From a virus: a stretch of 41,641 nucleotides of DNA. Location: IMG/VR virus record IMGVR_UViG_3300042564_003163; one strand, 5' to 3'. Under the pieces are notes generated by a model. The model worked only from the letters and a program-made list of their open reading frames with translations, did not search any database and had not been told where the DNA came from. Each line of letters opens with the position of its first letter. Within the stretch, counting starts at the first letter, position 1. Made by a program: the position numbers and the translations under genes. This document shows positions 8,029-16,220 of this stretch, piece by piece.

Positions 8029-8700
8029 ATGCTGATCGAAGACTGGCCGCTGTCAAAAATTAGGCCTTACCCGAACAATCCGCGAGTGCTCAGGAACGCC
8101 GCAGAGAAGGTGGCCGAGTCGATCAAGTCATTCGGCTGGCGTCAGCCGATTGTCGTGGACTCTGATGGGGTAATCGTTGCCGGTCACAGCCGACACGCTG
8201 CCGCGCAGTTGCTGAAACTCAAGACCGTGCCGGTGCATGTAGCCAAAGACCTGAGCCCCGATCAGGTCAGGGCGCTCAGGATCGCCGACAACAAGACCGC
8301 GACATTCGCCGACTGGGACGATGCCAAGCTGGCGGACGAACTCTCGGCGATCATGGAAGGCCTGGGCGACATCACCTCGACCGGTTTCAGCCAGTCCGAA
8401 TTCGACGCGCTAGAAATGAGCGCGCTGGCCGAGCTGTCCAAGCTGGAGCAGGTCAACAACCCGGCACCAGCACAGGCCGACGAAGAACCCGACGAAGAAC
8501 CAGCACCAGCTAGTGACGAGCCTGCGCCCAGCCAGGACGAACCGCCGCCGCTGGCCGATATGGTGCCGTTCAACGTGCTCATGACCTTCGAAGCCCGTCA
8601 GGTGGTCTATGACGCGGTGGCAGCCGCGAAGAAACAGCACGGACTGGAACAGACCGCAGACGCCATGCTTGTGATTGCGAGGAAGTATCTCGATGCTTGA
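8029..8700 (+). CDS. ParB/Srx N-terminal domain protein of the type usually fused to N4/N6 methylases, here with an acidic Pro-rich linker and no methylase domain
   Basis: IRPYPNNPR...IVVDSDGVIVAGHSRHAAA...RIADNK...DWDD motifs, followed by DEEPDEEPAPASDEPAP low complexity. Confidence 0.75.
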   Translation: MLIEDWPLSKIRPYPNNPRVLRNAAEKVAESIKSFGWRQPIVVDSDGVIVAGHSRHAAAQLLKLKTVPVHVAKDLSPDQVRALRIADNKTATFADWDDAKLADELSAIMEGLGDITSTGFSQSEFDALEMSALAELSKLEQVNNPAPAQADEEPDEEPAPASDEPAPSQDEPPPLADMVPFNVLMTFEARQVVYDAVAAAKKQHGLEQTADAMLVIARKYLDA

Positions 8701-9391
8701 AACGTTTCCGTGGACTGGTGGACCGGTATTCAGCTCGGCCACTGCATCGGTTATTGCAGCGCACAATCCCGCCTGGGATGCGCTTTACCGATTCGGCAAG
8801 CCTGGCGCGGTATTCGGGTTTGTCGTGGACGGCGAGAACGCCACCCTGCGGCACCGTGGCAGGGCGCACAGCATCGGCAGCGGATGTTACTTCGTGATCC
8901 AGTCGGGCGCTGGCGATCTGACCAACCCGGGCGGTCGGATTCTGTTGATCTACCAGCCTGGAGGCGATTTCCCGTTCATGACCGGTGGACCGGTCGAGAG
9001 CCAGGGGCGGCTCAAGTACATCAACGGCTGCACCGACAGCGTACTGATCCAGCCGTGGCGTAAGGGCGAGGCCTGCCTGAATCACCTGCACATCCCGCCT
9101 GGTGTCGAGCAGATCATGCACACGCACCCGAGCGACCGCATCGGTGTGGTGCACCGTGGCCGGGGGCAGTGTGTGACCCCGGACGGAGTAACGGAACTGG
9201 CGCCCGGCGTACTCTGGCGGATTCCGGCCAACGCGCCGCACCGTTTCAGGACGACCGACAAGCACCTGGACGTGATCGCCTGGCACCCGGACAGCGATGT
9301 CGGACCTACAGACGAGAGCCACCCGATGATCGGCAGGACGTTTGTGGATGGTGTCCGCGCATCCGAAATTGAAACGATCAGGACGCTCTGA
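8693..9391 (+). CDS. Cupin-fold, probably metal-binding protein
   Basis: Cupin motif 1 MHTHPSDRIGVVHRGRG and motif 2 PGVLWRIPANAPHRF. ATG at 8693 overlaps the ParB stop by 8 nt. Confidence 0.6.
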   Translation: MLETFPWTGGPVFSSATASVIAAHNPAWDALYRFGKPGAVFGFVVDGENATLRHRGRAHSIGSGCYFVIQSGAGDLTNPGGRILLIYQPGGDFPFMTGGPVESQGRLKYINGCTDSVLIQPWRKGEACLNHLHIPPGVEQIMHTHPSDRIGVVHRGRGQCVTPDGVTELAPGVLWRIPANAPHRFRTTDKHLDVIAWHPDSDVGPTDESHPMIGRTFVDGVRASEIETIRTL

Positions 9392-10563
9392 TGGCTAAGC
9401 TATTTCGCCGCAAGATTCTTCGTGCCAACGTGTTCGACAAAGCGCTTGAGCGCATGAATCTGCTGTTCGACCGCTTCGACAAGGTGTGCGTGTCGTTTTC
9501 CGGTGGCAAGGATTCCACCGTATGCCTGAATCTGGCGCTGATGGTTGCCAGTGAACGTGGACGGCTACCGCTGGACGTGTACACGTTCGATGAGGAAGCG
9601 ATTCACCCGGAAACCGTCGAATACCTGCACCGGGTAGCAGCGCGCCCGGATATTCGCTTCCGCTGGTACTGCATCCCGGTTCAGCACAGGAACGCATGCA
9701 GCCGAAAATCGCCCTACTGGTATCCATGGAACCCGGCAGAGCGTGGCATCTGGGTGCGCGAACTGCCAAAGACCGCGATCACGAAGCTGCCCGGTTTCAG
9801 CCTGGGCATGTCGATGCCCGACTGCGCACCGCTGGTGTATGGGGCAGAGCACGGCATGGTGGCCGATGTTCGCGGTATCCGGGCACAGGAAAGCCTGCGA
9901 CGGCTGCGCATGGTGTCGATGAAGATTGAGGATAACTGGATCACGTCGCCGAGAAACGGGCATAACTGCGCGGCCAGCCCGATCTACGACTGGACGACCG
10001 AGGATGTCTGGCTGGCGCCCAAGCTGTTCGGCTGGGACTACAACCGGACGTATGACGTATTCGACAAAGCTGGCGTGTCGCACAGCGCCCAGCGCGTGTG
10101 CCCACCCTACGGCGAGGAACCGCTCGGCGGGTTGCATCAGTACGCGCAGTGCTGGCCGCATCTCTGGCACAAGATGATTGCGCGCGTGCCCGGCGCTGCA
10201 ACCGCTGCCCGGTACGCCAAGACCGAGCTGTACGGCTACGGAACCATCGAACTGCCGGAAGGCAAGACCTGGCGGACGTGGTTCGATGATCTGGTGGCGC
10301 TCTGGCCGAAAACCGAGCAGGGCGAGATTCGCGCCAACGTTGCCGAACTGATTGACCTGCACAATCGCAAGACGCTGGGCAGAGACATCCCCGCCGAGGA
10401 AGCCGACCCGGTAAGCGGGGCAAGCTGGCAGTTTTTCTGCATTCTGGCGCTTAGGGGCGACCTGAAAGGCAGGCGCAGCGGGAATATGCAGATCAAGGGC
10501 GATCTGACCCGCAAGAAAACCGGGCAGACGCTTGAGCAGGCACTCGCGGAGGTAGGCCGGTGA
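9391..10563 (+). CDS. PP-loop ATP pyrophosphatase of the PAPS-reductase family (IbrA/DndC-like)
   Basis: PP-loop SFSGGKDS near the N-terminus. 390 aa. TGATG overlap with the cupin gene. Confidence 0.8.
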   Translation: MAKLFRRKILRANVFDKALERMNLLFDRFDKVCVSFSGGKDSTVCLNLALMVASERGRLPLDVYTFDEEAIHPETVEYLHRVAARPDIRFRWYCIPVQHRNACSRKSPYWYPWNPAERGIWVRELPKTAITKLPGFSLGMSMPDCAPLVYGAEHGMVADVRGIRAQESLRRLRMVSMKIEDNWITSPRNGHNCAASPIYDWTTEDVWLAPKLFGWDYNRTYDVFDKAGVSHSAQRVCPPYGEEPLGGLHQYAQCWPHLWHKMIARVPGAATAARYAKTELYGYGTIELPEGKTWRTWFDDLVALWPKTEQGEIRANVAELIDLHNRKTLGRDIPAEEADPVSGASWQFFCILALRGDLKGRRSGNMQIKGDLTRKKTGQTLEQALAEVGR

Positions 10564-11072
10564 GCACCGAAAATCAGCCAGTCAGCCGTGTCCGCTGGAT
10601 CGCTCGGGGGAAACTGAGGGCGAATAATTACAACCCGAACGCGGTAGCGCCGCCTGAGCTCGACCTGCTGAGAACCAGCATTATCGAGGACGGCTGGACT
10701 TCCCCTATCTGCATCCTGCCCGACAACACCATCGTGGACGGGTTTCACCGCTGGACGGTCAGCGCTACGCCTGCCATCCGCGCCATGACTGGCGGCATGG
10801 TGCCGGTAGTGACGATTCAGGCCGACCCGGTGCATCGCATGATGAGCACGATACGGCACAATCGCGCCAGGGGTACGCATGCTGTCCTGAAAATGGCTGA
10901 GATCGTGCGCGGCATGGTCAAAGCCGGAATGAATAGCGCCGAGATATGCCGCAGGCTGGGCATGGAAGATGAAGAGCTGGAGCGCCTGTTGGATCGTTCC
11001 GGTATGACGGTGCGCGGTTCGGCGCGCGCATCGGGTTTCGGCAGGGCGTGGGTGCCAGGCCGCGAAGGATGA
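10560..11072 (+). CDS. ParB-like nuclease domain protein (IbrB-like)
   Basis: NYNPN...LL.SI.EDGW..PI......IVDGFHRW motif. GTGA overlap with the upstream gene. Confidence 0.7.
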   Translation: MSTENQPVSRVRWIARGKLRANNYNPNAVAPPELDLLRTSIIEDGWTSPICILPDNTIVDGFHRWTVSATPAIRAMTGGMVPVVTIQADPVHRMMSTIRHNRARGTHAVLKMAEIVRGMVKAGMNSAEICRRLGMEDEELERLLDRSGMTVRGSARASGFGRAWVPGREG

Positions 11073-11073
11073 T

Positions 11074-11643
11074 ATGGAAATTGTCACACTGCGCGAATTT
11101 GCTCGCCGTGTGGGCGTAAGCCTCACGGCAGTACAAAAAGGAGTTCAAAACGGCAGAATTTATGCCGACAAAGACCCCAAAACAGGGCGCATCAGTGGCA
11201 TTGATTACGATACTCAGGCGGAGGCCTGGGTGGCCAACGCAATGCACCCGCAGAAACGCCCGCATAACATCGCTGGCGGTAGGCCGCGAGAAGACGGCAG
11301 GCCACCGGCAGCGCCAGAAAATCGCACCCAACTCAGGCAGCCAGACGACTCGCCGTCGCCACGGTCAGGCATGCCGCTGGCCGAGATTCAGCGCGCGCGT
11401 GAGTTGGTGAAACTCCAGCTCGATAACGTCAAGCTGAAAGAGGCCCAAGGTGACCTGGTTGCTGCAACCGATGTCGAAAAGCAGGGCAGGCAGCTTGCAT
11501 CGGTGATTATCAGCTCGATGTACAACATCCCCGACCGGATTAGTGACGAACTGGCGGGAATGAGCGAACCGCACGACATCCACCGGCTGCTACTCGAGGA
11601 AATAGACCGGGCGGTTCAAGAATTACGGAAAACGTATGCTTGA
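11074..11643 (+). CDS. terS: Terminase small subunit (Nu1-like, N-terminal winged HTH)
   Basis: N-terminal LREFARRVGVSLTAVQKGVQNGRI HTH. Lies immediately upstream of, and overlaps, the GpA-type large subunit gene. Confidence 0.7.
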   Translation: MEIVTLREFARRVGVSLTAVQKGVQNGRIYADKDPKTGRISGIDYDTQAEAWVANAMHPQKRPHNIAGGRPREDGRPPAAPENRTQLRQPDDSPSPRSGMPLAEIQRARELVKLQLDNVKLKEAQGDLVAATDVEKQGRQLASVIISSMYNIPDRISDELAGMSEPHDIHRLLLEEIDRAVQELRKTYA

Positions 11644-13558
11644 CACTAGGAACCCGTTAATCCGTGGGTTTTTCGAGGTGTTCAACGTGCCCACCCGGCG
11701 CACGGTGACGCAGTGGGCAGACGACAAGCGGATGCTACCCAGCAAGGGTGCGGCAGAGCCGGGTAAGTACCGAAGCGCCCGGACGCCCTACATGCGCGAA
11801 CCGATGGACTGCCTGAGTACGAGCAGCCCCATCGAGGAAGTCGTGCTGATGGCCGCAGCCCAGACCGGAAAATCGGAATCTGGGAATAACTGGGTTGGGT
11901 ATGTGATCGACGAGGCACCAGGTCCGATGCTGCTGGTGCAGCCGACCGTGGACAACGCCAAGCGCTACTCCAAGCAGCGTATCAGCCCGATGATTCTGGA
12001 AACACCGAGCCTGCGCGACAAGGTGCCCCAGAATCGCAGCCGGGATGGCGGTAACAACATGCTTGAGAAGGAATTTCCTGGCGGGATCCTGCTCATGGGC
12101 GGGGCGAACTCAGCCGCTGGCCTGCGCTCGATGCCGATTAGGTATCTTTTCGCTGACGAGATCAGCAACTGGCCGCTCGATGTTGACGGCGAAGGCGACC
12201 CGCTTGGGCTGGCAGAGGAACGGACGAATACGTTCGGGCGCAAGCGCAAGATATTCAAGACCAGCACACCGGGCGTGAAGGATATATGCCGGATCGAGGC
12301 CGAATACCTGAAAACCGACCAGCGCCGGTATTTCGTGCCGTGTCCGCATTGCTCGCACATGCACACGCTGCAATGGAAGAACTTCGTCATACCGAAAGAC
12401 GAGGAAGGTAGGCACCAATTCCGCAAGGCATACATGACGTGCCCGGAATGTGGCGGTGTGATCGAGGAACGGCACAAGACCGACATGCTCAACGGTGGGG
12501 AGTGGGTGCCCACTTGCGCGGAAAAGGCAGACCCGGCAAGGCGCGGCTATCACATCAGCGCGCTGTACTCGCCAGTCGGCTGGAAATCGTGGGCAAAGAT
12601 CGCGCGCCAGTGGGTAGAAGCTCAGGGCAGCCCGAAAAAGCTGCAAGCGTTCGTCAACAACGTGCTGGCCGAGACATGGGAGGAAGCCTACAGCTCGAAA
12701 CTCGACGCGGACAGCCTATCGAAGCGAGCCGAGCCGTTTGACCTGCTGACCGCACCGGCGGGTGGGCTAGTATTGACGGCTGGCGTGGACGTTCAAGAGA
12801 ACCGCATCGAGATCCAGACAGTCGCTTGGGGCATTTCCGAAGAAGCCTGGATCGTGAACTATGCCGTGATTTTCGGCGACCCGTCCCGCTTTGAAATATG
12901 GCAACAGGTGCTCGATGTCATCAATACGCCGATACGCCACGCATCGGGCGCGGACATGCACGTCTATGCTGCCGTGGTGGACTCAGGCGACGGTAACAAG
13001 ACCAACGAGGTCTATAGTTTCACGCGCCAGCATAGAAACCGCCACATCCTGGCTGGCAAGGGTATGTCTGGCAGCAGGCCGCCGATAGGCGCACCGACGA
13101 AGCAGGACATCAACATACGCGGGCAGAAAATCAAGAGCGGGGCGCATCTCTACCCGATTGGCGTGGATAGCATCAAGTCCACGATCTACGGCAGGCTGAA
13201 ACGCCCCGAGGAAACTGGCGCGGGGGTGTTTCATTTCCCGCTGGGCTTGCCAGAGGAATACTTCGATCAGCTCACATCGGAAAAACAGGCGACAAAATTT
13301 GTCAACGGAATGCCGAAGCGATTCTGGACGAAGAAGGACAGCGACCGAAACGAGGCATTGGATACCCTTGTTTACGCTTATGCGGCACTGCATTATTGTT
13401 ATTCGAGACACAATCGCTCAAGTTTTTGGCAGCAAATGTTGTCAAGACTGGAAAAAAAAGCCGAAATAGTACAGAATACTGCGCTGGAAGCGCCCGCCGC
13501 ACCAGAAATACCGGTTGCGCCGGGTAAAATCTCGCTCAACGGATGGAGGCGCGGATGA
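11636..13558 (+). CDS. terL: Terminase large subunit, lambda GpA family
   Basis: Walker A AAAQTGKSE. Zn-ribbon CPHC...CPECGG. 640 aa. Position before gpW and the portal gene. Confidence 0.9.
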   Translation: MLDTRNPLIRGFFEVFNVPTRRTVTQWADDKRMLPSKGAAEPGKYRSARTPYMREPMDCLSTSSPIEEVVLMAAAQTGKSESGNNWVGYVIDEAPGPMLLVQPTVDNAKRYSKQRISPMILETPSLRDKVPQNRSRDGGNNMLEKEFPGGILLMGGANSAAGLRSMPIRYLFADEISNWPLDVDGEGDPLGLAEERTNTFGRKRKIFKTSTPGVKDICRIEAEYLKTDQRRYFVPCPHCSHMHTLQWKNFVIPKDEEGRHQFRKAYMTCPECGGVIEERHKTDMLNGGEWVPTCAEKADPARRGYHISALYSPVGWKSWAKIARQWVEAQGSPKKLQAFVNNVLAETWEEAYSSKLDADSLSKRAEPFDLLTAPAGGLVLTAGVDVQENRIEIQTVAWGISEEAWIVNYAVIFGDPSRFEIWQQVLDVINTPIRHASGADMHVYAAVVDSGDGNKTNEVYSFTRQHRNRHILAGKGMSGSRPPIGAPTKQDINIRGQKIKSGAHLYPIGVDSIKSTIYGRLKRPEETGAGVFHFPLGLPEEYFDQLTSEKQATKFVNGMPKRFWTKKDSDRNEALDTLVYAYAALHYCYSRHNRSSFWQQMLSRLEKKAEIVQNTALEAPAAPEIPVAPGKISLNGWRRG

Positions 13559-13833
13559 GTCGCAGGGATTATGCTCAAGAATTTGCCTGTCTTGCCAAAG
13601 AAGTCGCTGGAATAGGTCAAGATCAGGCGCAAAGGTTCGAAAAGGCGCTGCGCGAGCGGTTTGGAGGTGAAACTGCCCGAATTTTTCCCAGGCCTGCACT
13701 CACACTAGATCGTATCAACGCAGAATTACGAAACCGCAAGCCTGTTGCTGTGATTGCCGCTGAATCTGGCGTAAGCAGGGCAACAATTTACCGCTATTTG
13801 AAGCCGAAAAAGTCGCAGAGTGACGCGCCCTGA
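13543..13833 (+). CDS. Mor/C-family-like transcriptional activator (start may be the ATGA-overlapping ATG at 13555)
   Basis: RERFGGETARIFPRP followed by the C-terminal HTH AAESGVSRATIYRYLK, the same layout as Mu Mor (GGGQVYIPRG ... HTH). Confidence 0.55.
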   Translation: MEARMSRRDYAQEFACLAKEVAGIGQDQAQRFEKALRERFGGETARIFPRPALTLDRINAELRNRKPVAVIAAESGVSRATIYRYLKPKKSQSDAP

Positions 13834-13862
13834 GACGCAACAAAGACTAGAATCTGAAAATC

Positions 13863-14090
13863 ATGCCCGGAATAACACTCGCCCAAGCCCAAACGCAGCT
13901 CGACGCCTATCTGGCGGCAGAAACAGCCGTTTTAGCCGGTCAAAAATACGAAATTGCAGGCCGTGTGCTGCAACGCGCCGATCTTGCGCAGATTCAGGCC
14001 GGTATAGAACTATGGAACCAGCGTGTAGAAGCGCTGGCAGCGCGAGCCAGTGGCAGCCGCCGCGCTATCGTTGCGCGACCGGGCTGGTAG
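13863..14090 (+). CDS. Head-tail joining protein, gpW family
   Basis: 75 aa with a gpW-like sequence pattern, located between the terminase and portal genes as in lambda. Confidence 0.7.
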   Translation: MPGITLAQAQTQLDAYLAAETAVLAGQKYEIAGRVLQRADLAQIQAGIELWNQRVEALAARASGSRRAIVARPGW

Positions 14091-14091
14091 C

Positions 14092-15696
14092 ATGAAAAAA
14101 CAGCTAAAGCAGAGCATTATTGAGCGAGCTATCGCTCAGATTTCACCCCAATGGGCATTAAAACGTCACCAGGCGCGTACAGCGATGGCGCTCACTGGCG
14201 GATACTCAGGCGCTGGATACCATGAGCGCATGACGTACTGGCAGCCCGGTACTGGCGACAGTGACTGGGACACGATCCGCGACCTGAAAGAGCTCAGGGC
14301 TCGCAGCCGTGATCTGGTGCGTAACTCGCCGATTGCATCGGGCGCTATCGAGACGCAGGTCACTCACGTAGTCGGCTCCGGTCTATCCCTCCAGTCCAGG
14401 ATAGACGCTGAACGCTTGGGCATGGAAGACGAGGAAGCCAGCGAATGGCAAAGTAATACCGAGCGCCTGTTTACCATGTGGGCAGAGTCCGAGTTTGCGG
14501 ACGCATTTGACCAGCAGAATTTCTACGAGCTGCAAGACTTGGCATTTCGCAGCCGACTAGAGTCTGGCGATAGTTTTGTCGTTTTGGCTGGCGTGAATCG
14601 CCCGGACTGGCCGTTTACTATCGCATTGCAGATCATCGAAGCGGATCGCATATCCAACCCTAATTTGGCGGGTGACACCGACCAGATGACCGCCGGAATT
14701 GAGAAGAACGCAAGCGGCCAGCCTATTGCTGTTCACATCGCCGACCGTCACCCAGGCCGAGGCATTCCGACGAGCAAAATGAAGTGGCAGCGAATTGCCA
14801 TTTACGGCAACAGTGGCCGCAGAAACGTCATTCACCTGATGCGCAAGCTGCGCCCAGGCCAGACCCGTGGTGTGCCAGAACTGGCGCCGATTATCGAGCA
14901 GCTCAAGCAGCTATCCCGCTACAGCGAGGCCGAAGTCGATGCAGCCGTCAATAGCGCCGTGTTCGCGCTGTTTGCCAAGATGGACCCAGATACGTTCACG
15001 GACGTATTCGATGATACTGCTCAGCAAGCAGTGCTCGACTCAGCAAAGCGCTGGGACGGCACGATCAAAAGCGGGGCTGTAGTAAACCTGCTGCCCGGCG
15101 AGAGCATCGAAAGCCCGGTGCAGAATAGGCCGAATCCGAACTTCGATCCGTTCGTGAGCGCCGTAATGCGCCAGATCGGCATCGGTTTGAACATTCCTTA
15201 TGAAGTGCTGAGCAAGCATTTCCAGAGCAGCTACAGCGCAGCCAGAGCAGCCTTGCTTGATGCCTGGCGCACGTTCCGCGTTCGCCGCGAATGGCTTGCC
15301 GCCAAGCTATGCCAGCCGGTGTATGAAGAATGGCTGGCTGATGCTGTTGCGACCGGTCTGGTTGCAGCGCCTGGCTTTTTCGCCGACCCGATGATCCGTA
15401 AGGCATGGTCAGGCGCGAAGTGGAACGGCGACGGTCCAGGCTCGATTGACCCAGAGAAGGAAGCCAGAGCAGCGCGCGAGCGCATGGATATTGGCCTGAC
15501 TACGCTGGCCGAGGAAATCGTGGCCTACGATGGCGGCGACTGGGAAACGAAACATCGCCAGCAGGTTGAGGAAAAAGAAGCGCGCATCGAAGGTGGGCTA
15601 ATTGCGCCTGTGACCATGCCGCTACCGGGTGCAGCCGCACCGATCATGACGCAATACGACAACGATACTAACGAAAGCTCAGATAGCGAGGATTGA
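14092..15696 (+). CDS. Portal protein, lambda gpB family
   Basis: Size and position fit. The ATG at 14092 (MKKQLKQ) follows the gpW stop. The 14050 extension is rejected. Confidence 0.85.
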   Translation: MKKQLKQSIIERAIAQISPQWALKRHQARTAMALTGGYSGAGYHERMTYWQPGTGDSDWDTIRDLKELRARSRDLVRNSPIASGAIETQVTHVVGSGLSLQSRIDAERLGMEDEEASEWQSNTERLFTMWAESEFADAFDQQNFYELQDLAFRSRLESGDSFVVLAGVNRPDWPFTIALQIIEADRISNPNLAGDTDQMTAGIEKNASGQPIAVHIADRHPGRGIPTSKMKWQRIAIYGNSGRRNVIHLMRKLRPGQTRGVPELAPIIEQLKQLSRYSEAEVDAAVNSAVFALFAKMDPDTFTDVFDDTAQQAVLDSAKRWDGTIKSGAVVNLLPGESIESPVQNRPNPNFDPFVSAVMRQIGIGLNIPYEVLSKHFQSSYSAARAALLDAWRTFRVRREWLAAKLCQPVYEEWLADAVATGLVAAPGFFADPMIRKAWSGAKWNGDGPGSIDPEKEARAARERMDIGLTTLAEEIVAYDGGDWETKHRQQVEEKEARIEGGLIAPVTMPLPGAAAPIMTQYDNDTNESSDSED

Positions 15697-15697
15697 T

Positions 15698-16165
15698 ATG
15701 TCTAATTTCATTCAAACTGGCCTTCCCGACAAATTCCCAGTCAGGATATTTGAAACCGGCGTCAACGCTGTGTCAGCCGGTACACCTGGCGGTGGCTGGG
15801 TTTCCGGCAACCCGGCAAGTTTGGCGGCGTCGGCTAGTGTCACTTGTATATTCGACTTAGGGCAAGACTGGCACCAGTTTGTAGCGGTAGCCATTGGCAT
15901 ATTGTCGTCTGGTACTTCCACCGGCTTTAATGCTGTTCGTGTATCGAGCTCAGACACATCAACAATCAATCCGGCGCGCAGACTCAAAGATATATCGCAA
16001 GCGGGTATCAACCCACTTAATGCAACGGTAACAACCTCCGAGGGCGCGCATCAAGTCAATGTTAGGCCGGTGGGGCGCTATTTGTTTGTTGCTTTAACTA
16101 ACGCTGATGCGACAAACGCACAAGATGCGAACGCTCGGGTTACTATTGCGGCTTATCCCTCTTGA
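15698..16165 (+). CDS. Hypothetical protein (155 aa) inserted between portal and protease; lower GC
   Basis: The ORF starts 2 nt after the portal stop. Ser/Thr/Ala/Gly-rich, probably a beta-rich fold. Confidence 0.55.
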   Translation: MSNFIQTGLPDKFPVRIFETGVNAVSAGTPGGGWVSGNPASLAASASVTCIFDLGQDWHQFVAVAIGILSSGTSTGFNAVRVSSSDTSTINPARRLKDISQAGINPLNATVTTSEGAHQVNVRPVGRYLFVALTNADATNAQDANARVTIAAYPS

Positions 16166-16220
16166 TGAAAGTCGCGCTTGCGTGTGGTTTTGAAACACTT
16201 CACCGCCTAGAATCTAACCT

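Noticed and set aside
8579-11126. Long minus-strand ORFs (8579..9322, 9565..10362, 9941..10423, 10236..11126) antisense to the cupin, PP-loop and IbrB-like genes
   Set aside because: These are typical stop-poor antisense frames of GC-rich coding DNA. The products are Arg/Pro/Ala-rich with no motifs and no RBS, while the + strand ORFs carry clear family motifs and are translationally coupled.
14050-14091. Upstream extensions of listed ORFs: portal from 14050, gpK from 24862, gpI from 25661, gpJ from 26239, exonuclease from 37684, RHH from 37511
   Set aside because: Each extension overlaps the preceding gene extensively. In every case an internal ATG with an RBS or an ATGA/TAATG coupling gives the canonical homologue N-terminus.
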